Source of the DNA: Octopus bimaculoides | Taxonomy: Eukaryota | DNA: 51,929 nucleotides | Reading direction: 5' to 3' | NCBI RefSeq assembly: GCF_001194135.2 | Contig: NC_068988.1 | Location: 69,391,061 to 69,442,989 of the forward strand | In this document: piece by piece, positions 24,535-36,830 of the stretch | Layout of the letters: the number at the start of each line of letters is the position of its first letter | How positions within the stretch are numbered: position 1 is the first letter of the stretch | Program-made: the position numbers and the translations under genes | Notes under the pieces: model-generated | Database searches by the model: none | Seen by the model: the letters and a program-made list of their open reading frames with translations, nothing else | Told to the model about the DNA's origin: nothing

Positions 24535-25402
24535 ATTCTGTTACTTGTTTCATTCATTTGATTGCGGCCATGCTAGAGCACTGCCTTTAGTCGAGCAAAT
24601 CAACCCCAGGACTTATTCTTTGTAAGCCTAGTACTTATTCTATCGGTGTCTTTTGCCAAACTGCTAAGTTATGGGGACGTAAACACACCAGCATCAGTTG
24701 TCAAGTGATGTTGGGGGAAGAAACACGGACACACAAACATATACACACACATACCTATATATATATTCATATATATAACGGGCTTCTTTCAGTTTCTGTC
24801 TATCAAATCCACTCACAAGGCTTNNNNNNNNNNNNNNNNNNNNNNNNNNNNNNNNNNNNNNNNNNNNNNNNNNNNNNNNNNNNNNNNNNNNNNNNNNNNN
24901 NNNNNNNNNNNNNNNNNNNNNNNNNNNNNNNNNNNNNNNNNNNNNNNNNNNNNNNNNNNNNNNNNNNNNNNNNNNNNNNNNNNNNNNNNNNNNNNNNNNN
25001 NNNNNNNTATATATATATATATATATATATATCTTTTATCTTTAACTTGCTTCAGTCATTAAACTATGGCCATGCTTGAGCACGACTCTGAAGAATTTTT
25101 TAATCAAACAAACCAACCCCGGTACTTACTTCTTTAAGCTTGATAAGTTATGCAGCCATAAGTACACCAACACCAGCTGACAAGTGGTGGTGGCAGATAA
25201 ACACAGACAGAAATGCAAATGCATACACACACACACACACACACACACAACGGGTTTCTTTCCGTTTCTGCCTACCAAATCCACTAGCAAGTGGTCGGTC
25301 CAAGGTGAGAATAGAAGACGCTTGCTCAAGGTGCTATACAATGGGACTGAACTCACACCATGTAGTTGGAAAGAAAGCTTCTTACCACACAGCCACACCT
25401 GT
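24535..25402 (-). mobile_element. Two SINE family A copies separated by a gap
   Basis: Tails at about 24540 and 25040; head ccacacagccacacct at about 25400. Confidence 0.85.
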
Positions 25403-25419
25403 ATACATAAGTACACTTT

Positions 25420-25612
25420 TTGTCATTGGATTTTGCCCATGCTGGAGCATTACCACCTTCAAAGGTTTTAGTTGAACAAATCAGCCCCAGTTCTCATTTG
25501 TATGTCTGGTACTTATTCTATCAGTTTCCTCAACTGAACTGATAATTTACAGGGATGTAAACAAACTCACACTGGTTGTCAAATGGTTGGGGGACAAACA
25601 TAGACAAAGTGG
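25420..25612 (-). mobile_element. SINE family A 3' fragment
   Basis: gcccatgctggagcat...ggtacttattctatcag...ttgggggacaaac. Confidence 0.7.
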
Positions 25613-25929
25613 CTCACACACATATATAATGAACTTTTACAATGTACATCTACAGATTGAAATACATGTATATTATAAACCATACAATTCAAGACAATAT
25701 TCCCTTTTACTTCACACCACCCAAAAGCATATGAGACTCAATATCCCATACCATCTAGCAGAAAGAATATGCACTAGTGTATTAAATTTTAAAACATCCA
25801 AAAGAAAACACTAAACGAACTAAAAGACATTTTGATTAGAAGATATTATCTGCCATCATAAAGAATGTAACTGAAAGAGTAGAGGCCAATAATATTAGAG
25901 ATTTAAGATCAGTAGAAATCAAAGCAGAA

Positions 25930-26330
25930 ATAAATACAATTAAACCTTGGGAGAAGCATTATGCCGGTAATAAACACACGCACTGGTTCAGTCCTTTATT
26001 AAATTATAAACAGTATATAGTTTTTTGTTAAATAATTTCATTGCACTCATGCAATCTCTTCAGTAACTTGTCTCTCCACTTCCATTTATTTTGAAATAAA
26101 TGTTTTACCAAACATTTCAGGACCTGGTTTAAAACTACAACCTGGCATCTTGGATTCCCTCTGTTGCAAACATTAAAATTAGGTTTCTGGTTTGAGGATG
26201 TCTTTCTTCCATTCACTAACTTAGATGACCCTGTAATGGATTCATGGACACACACTTGCCTCCTAACTAAAAAAAGATTTTTTAAATGTACTGTAGTAGC
26301 AGCCCTTTACAGACTGAATTGAATTTTCAA
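25930..26330 (+). mobile_element. Possible Tx1/L1-type LINE C-terminal relic
   Basis: PWEKH...W..., CNLF...HLF*NKCF, TCLLTKKRFFKC loosely fit the zinc-knuckle end of Tx1/L1 ORF2; weak. Confidence 0.3.
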
Positions 26331-26502
26331 TGGCTTCAGCTTCACCCCTTCATCATTTTGGGTGAATAAAATAATGCCAATGAAGTACCAGAATTGATTT
26401 TCTCATATGTGTGGTGGTCTTAAAGCAGGTTCTGGCACTCTGGTGATTTAACTAGCTATAGCCATTACAATGTGATTAAAAATAATATTCAATTTTTTTA
26501 TA

Positions 26503-26667
26503 GGCGCAGGAGTGGCTGTGTGGTAAGTAGCTTGCTTACCAACCACATGGTTCTGGGTTCAGTCCCACTGCGTGGCACCTTGGGCAAGTGCCTTCTACTA
26601 TAGCCTTACGCTGACCAAAGCCTTGTGAGTGGATTTGGTAGACGGAAACTGAAAGAAGCCTGTCATA

Positions 26668-26704
<37 letters not shown>

Positions 26705-27071
26705 NNNNNNNNNNNNNNNNNNNNNNNNNNNNNNNNNNNNNNNNNNNNNNNNNNNNNNNNNNNNNNNNNNNNNNNNNNNNNNNNNNNNNNNNNNNNNNNN
26801 NNNNNNNNNNNNNNNNNNNNNNNNNNNNNNNNNNNNNNNNNNNNNNNNNNNNNNNNNNNNNNNNNNNNNNNNNNNNNNNNNNNNNNNNNNNNNNNNNNNN
26901 NNNNNNNNNNNNNNNNNNNNNNNNNNNNNNNNNNNNNNNNNNNNNNNNNNNNNNNNNNNNNNNGTCCATGTTCTTTTGCCACGTCATGTACCCAGTTATG
27001 TATCTATGTGTACATGTAGATGAAGGTATGTACATACATGTACATATATGTGCATATACTCATATATTGTT

Positions 27072-27102
<31 letters not shown>

Positions 27103-27346
27103 ATATATATGTATGTGTGTGTATATGTTTGTGTGTCTGTGTTTGTCCCCCCAACATCGTTTGACAACTGATGCCGGTGTGCTTATGTCCCCGTAACTTA
27201 GCAGTTCAGCAAAAGAGACCGATAAAATAAGTACTACGCTTCCAAAGAATAAGTCCTAGGGTCGATTTGCTCAAGTAAAGGTGGTGCTCCAGCATGGCCG
27301 CAGTCAAATGACTGAAACAAGTAAAAGAGTAAAAAGAGTAAAGAGT
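26503..27346 (+). mobile_element. Full-length SINE family A with expanded internal microsatellite and gap
   Basis: ggcgcaggagtggctgtgtggtaag...ggttcagtcccactgcgtggcaccttgggcaagtg...tgactgaaacaagtaaaagagtaaaaagag. Confidence 0.92.
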
Positions 27347-27638
27347 ATATATTGCCTTAATATTTTAATGGATCATTTGAAACAAAATTTCACTCTTGTT
27401 TACTAAAATGAATAAACAACATACAGTAAATAAATAACATCATAGTTATTCAGTCAAAAACTAGGTAAGATATAAACAGCATTTCTTTCTTGCTTAGCCC
27501 AGGTTTGTAGACTCCAGACATACATCTACATAGACACACACACACACACCTATTTATATATACATGTATATGTATAGTTATACATACATAAAAATAAGTG
27601 CATTGTAGTTTGCTTGAAGCATTTTAGTACAGAAGTAG

Positions 27639-27782
27639 AAAAAGAAAAGGAAAACATAGAAAGCTTCCAACAATGCAGAAAGTTTTATATTTCACATGCT
27701 AAGGGCTGAGGATAGGCCTTTGCACCTGAAATATAAAACTTTCTGCATTGCTGTAAGCTTTCTATGTTTTCCTTTTCTTTTT
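27639..27782. repeat. Long hairpin: 56-bp arms with 2 mismatches and a partly pairing 32-nt spacer
   Basis: 27639-27694 is the reverse complement of 27727-27782. Confidence 0.92.
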
Positions 27783-28049
27783 ATTCATGTAAATATTTAC
27801 ATATGCATACATATTTATATAAGCATATGTATACATACGTATTAAATTGCTACTGAAACACTTGAATATTCTAAATTCTAAATTTCAACCTCAAAATAAA
27901 TATCACTATATTTTACATGTCCACCATAAAACTTTCCTACTCTACCACATCTAATCATAGATAAGCATGTTATACTGTGCCATATCTCATAAATGGCATA
28001 GCAATGTAATCAATAACTACTGACAAGATAAAGGACTTTGGAAGTATGA

Positions 28050-28428
28050 TGAACAACTAATGAAAGTAGGTGAAAGAAGGTCACTACAATTCATGAGGAA
28101 GAGAATCCACTTATATGAGACACTGCTGAGGTTTTTCCCTGGTCAAAGTATCACTGATGCTTTCTTCATAGATAGGCAAAGGCAAGAGAGGAGTCTAGCC
28201 AAGTATAAGCCTCTATATCGGGTATTTTTGATTTAGTGAAGGTCTTTGTTAGCATGATTTGTAGTCTGGTAGTCACTAAGAAAATTAGGAGTTGAAAACT
28301 GGCAGGTGAGAGCACACCATATTCAGTAAAGTAAGGATTGATAATGATTTCAGTAAGGAATTTGGAATGCAAATAGGTGTTGACCAGGGTTTGGTTTTAA
28401 CCCCTCCTTTTTATTATAGTCTTCATAA
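28050..28428 (+). mobile_element. RTE LINE RT fragment (degenerate)
   Basis: PGQSITDAFF..RQRQER.LAK.KPLY..DL.K.F..SLRKLGV..W.VR..SKVRI...GVDQGLVL. Confidence 0.85.
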
Positions 28429-28593
28429 CTGGACAATTTCTCTTTCTAAAAATCCCAGTTTATCCAAATTTTCCTTTAAGCATTTACGAACAAAACCTAG
28501 TGCTCCTCATATTATTGGTATGAATATGAATTCATAGTCTGTATATAGAAGCTGGAGGCTTCGAAGCAGTTGTCCATAGATGTACTATGTATG

Positions 28594-28625
<32 letters not shown>

Positions 28626-28967
28626 TGTATGTATGTATGTATGTACGTGTATGTACATGCATGCACGTGTGTTTGTGTGTGTGTGCATGTGAGTATCCAT
28701 ACTGTAGAATGTAAGAGCTATACATTTTGGGAAAAATGGAAAAATTGGCAGCAACATCGCACATCAACTGTAAAACAGACTAAATGTATGTAGACATAAA
28801 ACATTACATAAATAGTTCTAAGCTTAAGCTATCTTGGTTTTTCCTTACATCAATCAAATACTGTCCTGATATTTATATATATATATATATATATATATAC
28901 AGTGAGAGAGAGGGGAAGAGATAGATAGATAGATAGATAGATGTGTGTAAATGATGATGATGATATA

Positions 28968-29006
<39 letters not shown>

Positions 29007-29273
29007 NNNNNNNNNNNNNNNNNNNNNNNNNNNNNNNNNNNNNNNNNNNNNNNNNNNNNNNNNNNNNNNNNNNNNNNNNNNNNNNNNNNNNNNNNNNNNN
29101 NNNNNNNNNNNNNNNNNNNNNNNNNNNNNNNNNNNNNNNNNNNNNNNNNNNNNNNNNNNNNNNNNNNNNNNNNNNNNNNNNNNNNNNNNNNNNNNNNNNN
29201 NNNNNNNNNNNNNNNNNNNNNNNNNNNNNNNNNNNNNNNNNNNNNNNNNNNNNNNNNNNNNNNNNNNNNNNNN

Positions 29274-29309
<36 letters not shown>

Positions 29310-29994
29310 GTATGTATGTATAAATGTCAGTCTGCCTGTTCCAAGACTTACTGTTCGTAGGGAAACTTCTGATACATTCCATTTTGTTAATGTAAATATA
29401 TTAGTTCAACCAGTTTGTCTGCTTTTAGTTAAACACCAAAGTTAATGCGTTCAATAATCTGACTATCATAAATTTAGTTATCTTAGAACCCCCTCAGGGT
29501 CAGAGGAGCTGTTATCTGTGATCTCATATTATAAACAGTCTATTATGTATAATATGTTATGTTACTCTGACCTACAGAGTGAAATGAAGATTTATAGTAC
29601 ATTTTATTAGAATTATTATAAATATTAGCACATTTTTGTAAAGAAATATTTACAAAGTATTTATATCTGAAGAAGAGAGAACATGTTTTGCTATCCTGGA
29701 ACTTGGAGATATGAAAGAGAACTGAAATTATTATAACCCACTTCCTGATCCTGTGATTTTGACTAGATATGATTTTAGCACCAAAAATAATAGCAATAAT
29801 AAAAAGAGAAAACAGAAAAACATCTTCATTGTAAGACTAGGTATGTTTGCAGACACCATGTGTATTGTATAATTAATCTTCTGATAAAATGAAATTGGAT
29901 GTCATACTTAGTGTCAAAGTTTAATAATTCTCACTAATAATTTTATTCTTTTTAATGAACCAATGTAAAGAAAAAAAAACTGAAATAAAAGAAA

Positions 29995-30145
29995 TAACTA
30001 TGTGGTAAGAAGCTTGCTTCCCAATCACATGGTTCTGGGTTCAGTTCCACAGCATGGTAAGTTGAATAGGTGTCTTCTACTAAAACTTTGGACCAACCAA
30101 AGCCTTGTGAGTGGATTTGGTAGATGGAAACTGAAAGAAGCATGT

Positions 30146-30180
<35 letters not shown>

Positions 30181-30430
30181 TTTGAGTATGGTAGATGACT
30201 TCAGCAAAAATTTAGATTCAAATGAATATGGTACTTAAGTTGAGGCACCAGAATTTAGTACGGTATTATCCATACAATTTCAAAATAGGCAGTTTGGCGA
30301 AAGATCTATAAAATAAGTACTACGCTTAATAAAAAAGTTCTGGGGTCATTTTGTCTAACTAAAACCTTTTAAGGTGGTGCCCTAGCATGGCCACACTCAA
30401 ATAACTAAAACAAGCAAAAGATAAAAAGAT
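29995..30430 (+). mobile_element. Degenerate SINE family A copy
   Basis: Head tgtggtaagaagcttgcttccc and tail ctagcatggccacactcaaataactaaaacaagc. Confidence 0.75.
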
Positions 30431-31504
30431 AAACTAAAATGCTTCTTTGTTTTATGGGTTATTTTTTACATAATTTTGGGATTATCAAACAGGAAATCAA
30501 AGTTGAAATGAAATAATCTGAAATCAGAGTAAATCTTTTAGATTTCTATTTTTTACTTCTAAATGAAGTTCTTTCAAAATAATCTAAAAGTCCAATGGAA
30601 TATAAAGTCTATCAGTTGAGAAACTGCCACATTTGTATAGTTCAGAGAAAATATGAGTACGTCTAAGGCCTTTGTGGTTATGAAGTTTGCTTCACAACAG
30701 TGTGGACCCAACTTCATTTCCACAGTGGAGCAATTTGGGTTAGGGGCTTCTACCATAGCTGCAGGCTAACTGATGCCTTGAAAGCAGAATTTAATTGCTG
30801 GAAACTGCAGAAAAACCCATTATGTGTGTGTAGGTGTGTCTAGATGTGTCCATCTACTTGTGTAAACAAGTGTTACTACTCACAGTCAAGAGGACACCTT
30901 AGCATTTAGATAAAAAGCAATGAAACAGGTATCAAGCCAAAATAGATCGTTGCTATTATGTTAAACTGTCATATGTCCAAATTTGGCCAAATTTGGTTTT
31001 TCAAATATTTATTTTTGTTTGCAAATGCCAGTTCTTTTGGTCAAATGATAGTATATTCAGCTGCTTCAGATGCCAAGATGTAGTACAACAGTTTTGCTAT
31101 GGAATGGTGAAACTATGTTTTCGCTTTCTGAAAAAGCAACATTTTGAACTTACAGCACTTTTCCATAATAGCAACAATATACTGGAGTTGATATGACTGA
31201 CTGAGACCCTTGGAAGTGGTGCCCCAGAATAGCCTCAATCCAATGACTGAAATCAGTAACAGAATAAGAGAAGAAAATATTAAACTCATATTGCATGTGA
31301 TTGGAATTATAACAATTTAAGATTATACAGAAGCTGTTCAAATATATTGTAAGATAATGACATATCTAGTTCTAAAAATTCTGAAGAAATATTCTGCCAT
31401 AGATATTTTGGGAAGAAGTAATCTATAGATCAGAAAAATATGATTATTTTGATATTATTTATCTCTTGGATATCAATATCAATATATATATATGTATGTA
31501 TATA

Positions 31505-31554
<50 letters not shown>

Positions 31555-32403
31555 AATATATATATATATATATACATACGTATATATACTTATATCCATG
31601 CATACACACACACATGCACACACACACATGCATGCACACACCCACACACACACGCACGCACACACACATACGTACATGTAATATTGGTATCTTATTTTAG
31701 ACCAATTCACGTTACATTATTTACATCATATACACAGTTTGCGCTGTGGAATATTTCTTCCATAAGCTGTTTACTGGTGATTTCTTATATGCTGCTACCA
31801 AGAAACTATTTGTTTTTTCTTTTAAAAGGCCACTTTAAGCATGTTTATCATATAGAATCTCCTCCTGTACCAAAACTAGTGGTGTGGCTATAACCACTGC
31901 AACTATACAGACATTATTTTGTTTTATCTAGTACCACCCTGAGGTCAGCTAAGGTTATTTATCAGGGGGCTTGTCATTATTTAAGAAGAAAATATTGAAT
32001 TATAACAAAACACAATTTAATCATTCATCCATGATAGTGGATGAATATATTCTTATGGTCAACTTTTAGTTACTCGCAAGCAGTTCTAGGTTTCCTCATT
32101 AAATCCATTCTTGACCAAACTGAATGTAGTTTTTTAGCAATGATGGTCCAGTCCTAAGTTACATTTTGAGATGAAATAATATAATAATGATATAACAATA
32201 TAGATAATTTCTTTTCTCTTTCTCTTTTTCTACATATACTCACATATAGATAACAAAACAAAACAAAGAAAAGAAACAACCTCTTCCTGATTTGTATAAA
32301 AGGCAAAGAAATTTTCTGTAAAACTTATATGTGAGGGGTTTCAATGAATAAGATGAAAGTGCTAAAAATGAATTATCCAAAATTCCAATTACTTCCACAC
32401 ATA

Positions 32404-33050
32404 TTGGGCCATCCCAATTAAGATAAACAAGGTTCTTTTTAATCTAAAATATACTCTCCTTCATTTTCTACAATGCTCTTCCATCTATCTGGTAGACTTA
32501 CAAGGTCCCTCTTCCAAAATTTACTTGTCTCTGAGGAAAAATACTCACCCGGTACTGTTCTGACCTTGTTTACAGAATGATTTTGAGGACTGCTGAATAA
32601 ATGATAATCAGATGGAGCAATGTCCAGGGAATATGGTGGGTGGGGCATCGTTTCCAATTGAAACTACTTCAGCCTTTGGAATGTCATCCTTGCCATATGA
32701 GGCCAAGCATTATCTTGATGGATGAACACCTTTAATCTTGAAACCAAAGAGGGTAATTTTTCTTCTAGCGCAGTAGATCTTCTTTGCTATCGTTTGGTTT
32801 GGGTTTAAAAGTTCAAAGTGAACTAAACCTTTCATATTGCACCAAGCAGATAATAATACTTTATGTAGGTGGAGACATTCTTTAGCCTGGGGTGCTGGTG
32901 TTTCTCCTTTCCCTACTCACTGTCTCAGCACTTAACATTTTTATAGAGAACACATTTCTTGTTACCAGTCACTATTCAGTTCAAAAAGAGTTCATTCCTG
33001 AGACGTGACTGCAAAGAAGAGCTCACATTCACTGGTGTGTCTATGTTCAC
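32404..33050 (-). mobile_element. Mariner (DD34D) transposase relic with one TIR
   Basis: RIVTGNKKCVLY...HQDNAWPH...HPPYSLDIAPSDYHLF, with 34 residues between the second and third D. TA|TTGGGCCATCCCA terminus at 32402-32404. Confidence 0.92.
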
Positions 33051-33059
33051 ATAATTTAA

Positions 33060-33206
33060 GTGGTTCAGCAAAAAAGACCAATAGAATAAGTACTAAGTTT
33101 ACAAAGAATAAGTTCCGGGGTCAATTTCTTTGACTAAAACCCTTTAAGGCGGTGCTCCAGCACAGCCACAGTCAAATGACTGAAACAAGTAAAAGAATAA
33201 AAGAAT
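33060..33206 (+). mobile_element. SINE family A 3' tail
   Basis: gcaaaaaagaccaatagaataagtac...gtcaaatgactgaaacaagtaaaagaataaaag. Confidence 0.85.
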
Positions 33207-34003
33207 CCTCCTGAAAATTTTATTGGACTGATTTAAAACATTATTTTTCCATTATTGAATATGTATCTGATTTGATTAATGTACAAATATAACATATGTG
33301 TATTTGCTTTGATATTAAGAGTGAAAAAAATGACATTGTTCATAAAAAAAATTGTTGATCTAGGTTTGAACTCACTATTCAAATTTTGTTTTTGGGCTTA
33401 TAACCTCCACTATGTCTAAAAAACAAAACTGACTCAATAATCATGACTGGAATGCTTTTAATCTTTAGCATTCAGATTAATTTATCAAATACAATGCTTA
33501 TCTATCGACATTTTCAATAACTAATCATGTAGCTTCAAGATTTTGAAGATGTGAGAGTTTATTTTCAGAATGACATTGTATTGTAGGTGGGAGAGGGTGG
33601 ATCAGCCATTCCAAGCATAAAGCAGGTAGATTATCTGGGCCAGATATAACTGGTTTAAAGGCTAAGAGTTAACCATATATTTGATGGAACAGGACTAGCC
33701 AAATCAACAACAAAACTTTATAAGCCTCACACCAGTTAATTTCTTGTGCACATTATTTTGTGATATCAAATAAATGCTATATAAATATCAATTTAATTAG
33801 TTGTTATAGAAATGCTGTATTTTTTTTTATCATGATAAATATTTTCTTAACAATATTAATTAATTTGTAATCTATCTATATAATTAATTTTACAAATGTT
33901 ACTTTATTTGAACAAATATTTTTTCCAATATATTTTTAAGTATTCTTTATCAATTGAGTGCTACACAGCTCTGTCTGTCTGTCTCTGTCTCTCTCTCTCT
34001 CTC

Positions 34004-34061
<58 letters not shown>

Positions 34062-34609
34062 TATGTATATATGCAAATATAGAATTGGGTTGAATGAATG
34101 ATGTGTATGCGAGTTGATGAAACAGTGGTATAAAACTCAAATCATGAGATAAGCATTCAGTTTCAACAAGATGTGTATGTGTGTGTGTGAATGTATGCAT
34201 GTGTGTGTGTACACATACATGCATACACACACATACATACATACACATATATGCTTTTATTAAAGCTGAAAGATTTTCATAGACTGTTACTCAGAGTTTT
34301 ATTTTACCATTTGTCTGATTACTCTCATCATATACATTTATATATATATGCAGACATAGATTGAGGGGATGATTATAATCCTGAAATTGTCACCTTGCAA
34401 GACTAAGATGCATCTCAATTGAGTGGGACTAAAGTAGAGCATAAAACAGTTTTATATTAGATGTTGAGAGGTTAAAGTTTAAACAAACAGATAGGAACAG
34501 TCTTCTTACTGCCTACCTTGTATTTTATGAGTAGCTGAGAGTAATTGGGTTAGAACTGGAAAGAGAGAAGAAGGTGGACAGAAGAGAGTGGGGGCAGAAA
34601 AACAAGAAT

Positions 34610-35565
34610 GGGATCTTTACCCTTTGAACGGCAGATCGAGAAATTAATTTTTTGTAACTAAACACTTTCAAACTTCGGACACTGGTAGAATGTGTCGTAT
34701 AGAATATTTTTTACTCTTAGTGTTGTTGAGAAAAGTTTGTATTTTCAAAGTTATTTTGTGTTAAAGTTGTTGTATTTCAGTAATTTCAACCAATCAATGA
34801 CGTGTATTCAGCTGAATAGAATTACTGCTGTTGTTTGTCAACAACAACTTCCGGTGGTTTATATTTCGTTTGTCACTGTTATTTATGACATATTTCATCT
34901 CAGTTACGTTTGTATGAATAAACGAGTGTATCTGAAACATGCTTACTTCATGGCACAATCACAATCGTTCGTGCATTTCTACTGCTCTTAGTCTTTTTTT
35001 CCCTGTTTTTCAGCTACTATTTTCAGAAAGACTTTTTTGCCCCCCTCCCCCTCCAATTTCTTCATTTTTCACGTTTTCCGTAACTCTAACCCTAAAATCC
35101 CAACCATAACCCCAACCCTAAAACCCCAACCCTAACTGTAACCCTAAAACCGTAACCCTAACCCTAAAACCATAACCCTAGCCCTAACTCTAAAACCCTA
35201 ACCCTAACCCTAAAACCCTAACCCTAAAACCCTAACCCTAACCCTAAAACCCTAAAGTTAAAACCAGTACAAATGCACAAACGATATCATAAATAGCAGT
35301 GACAAACGAAATATACACCGCCAATTGTTGTTGTTGACAAACAATGGCAGTAATTTTATTCAGCTGAATACACGTCATTGATTGGTTGAAATTACCAAAA
35401 TACAATAACTTTAACACGAAATAACTTTGAAAATATAAACTTTTCTCAACAACATTAAGAGTAAAAGATGTTTTATATGATACAATCTACCAGTGTCCGA
35501 AGTTTGAAAGTGTTTAGTTACAAAAAATTAATTTCTCGATCTGCCGTTCAAAGGGAAAAGATCCC
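34610..35565. mobile_element. 956-bp foldback/MITE DNA element with 279-bp TIRs and a central telomere-like array
   Basis: GGGATCTTT...AAAGATCCC termini. Arms 34610-34888 and 35287-35565 are complementary, roughly 90% by eye. AAGAAT is duplicated at 34604-34609 and 35566-35571. Confidence 0.95.
35081..35256. repeat. Interstitial telomere-like array mixing CCCTAA and CCCTAAAA
   Basis: Read directly from sequence; about 25 variant units. Confidence 0.95.
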
Positions 35566-35599
35566 AAGAATGTTTTGTGCATCAAGTTTGCTAAGTTAG

Positions 35600-35975
35600 A
35601 AGAATGTAATGGGAGAGTAAGTGATGGTAAGACATGAAGTTGGTCCACTACGCAGAATTGATGGTTAAGAAGTGATTCATTATTGAGTTAGACATCAAGG
35701 ATAATAAGCAGTTTAGACAGCATGTGAGGCTGGTTGAGATGCAAGAAAATTGGTTTGAGATATAAGAAGTCTAACTGTTAAGACTGATATGGGTAGTGGT
35801 GTTAGTAAAAGTGGTCATCTGAGGCAATGAGTGCAGAATCAGGAAAAAGAGATCTGTTGACTGAGAGGGATGGACTAAGAACTGGAGACCAGTAAGTCAC
35901 GCAAATTGCAATCACCCTTAAATGTGGTGGGAGATGAACCAGTCAGGTGGTGAATAATGAGCTTGGATTAGAGAA
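35600..35975 (-). mobile_element. Penelope-like element linker and GIY-YIG start relic
   Basis: FKGDCNLRDLLVSS...FTNTTTHI...ISNQFSCISTSL fits the PLE motifs NLRD.LV and F.C.S.N.IY. Confidence 0.65.
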
Positions 35976-36021
35976 GTCAGAAGTGTTGTTTGATGAAGAA
36001 ATAAGTTAGAGTGAAAGTATG

Positions 36022-36410
36022 TTGTTGTATGTTGGCACTCCATCGGTTATGACGACGAAGGTTCCAGTTGATCTGATCAATGGAACAGCCTGCTCGTGAA
36101 ATTAATGTGCAAGTGGCTGAGCACTCCACAGACACGTGTACCCTTAATGTAGTTCTCGGGGGAGATTCAGTATGACACAGAGTGTGACAAGGCTGGCCCT
36201 TTGAAATACAGGTAGAAACAGAAAGATAGAGCGAGAAAAAGTTGTGGAGAAAGAGTACAGCAGGGTTTGCCACCACCCCCTGTTTGGAGCCTCGTGGAGC
36301 TTTAGGCGTTTTCGCTCAATAAACACTCACAATGCCCGGTCTGGGAATTGAAACCGTGATCCTAAGACAGCGAGTCCACTGCCCTAACCACTGGGCCATT
36401 GTGCCACCAC
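36022..36410 (-). mobile_element. Full-length SINE family B (tRNA head)
   Basis: Reverse complement reads ggcacaatggcccagtggttagggcagtggactcgc...ggtttcaattcc; body shared with the copy at 42090. Confidence 0.92.
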
Positions 36411-36419
36411 ATAGAGTGG

Positions 36420-36830
36420 AGTAAAGGAAAGGAAAAGCATGGTGATTAGTTATGAGGCAGAAGCAAGGAGAAAGGGCTTCATGTGGTCAACTTTATGGGT
36501 GTGAATGAGAGCAGTTTGGACTAAGATGTTGGAAGGGGTATTCATATTATGTAAGGCATTGGAACATACATTGATACTGGGTTTCCAAATTATAATTATG
36601 GCTTCAGGGATGAAGGAATGGAAAGAATTGATAACAAGTAATAGTGTGAGGAGGGATGAATGGAGGATAGGTCATGGTAGGAGTAAGACTGAGTTGGTTC
36701 ATAGAATCATAGATGAGACTCACCACCAACCACTTATACTTTCACCATCTCTGTCTTCCACAGACATAAGTGGTAATGTAATGATGGTGTTATGTGTATG
36801 TGTGAGGGATACCACTACTAGCAATAATAA
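36420..36830 (-). mobile_element. Penelope-like element RT C-terminal relic, upstream part of the 35600-35975 element
   Basis: FYEPTQSYSYHDLSSIHPSSH fits the PLE motif Y.KPT....YL...S.HP. Confidence 0.55.

Noticed and set aside
35081-35256. True chromosome end or healed break
   Set aside because: The array is internal to paired TIRs with a TSD and is made of mixed variant units.
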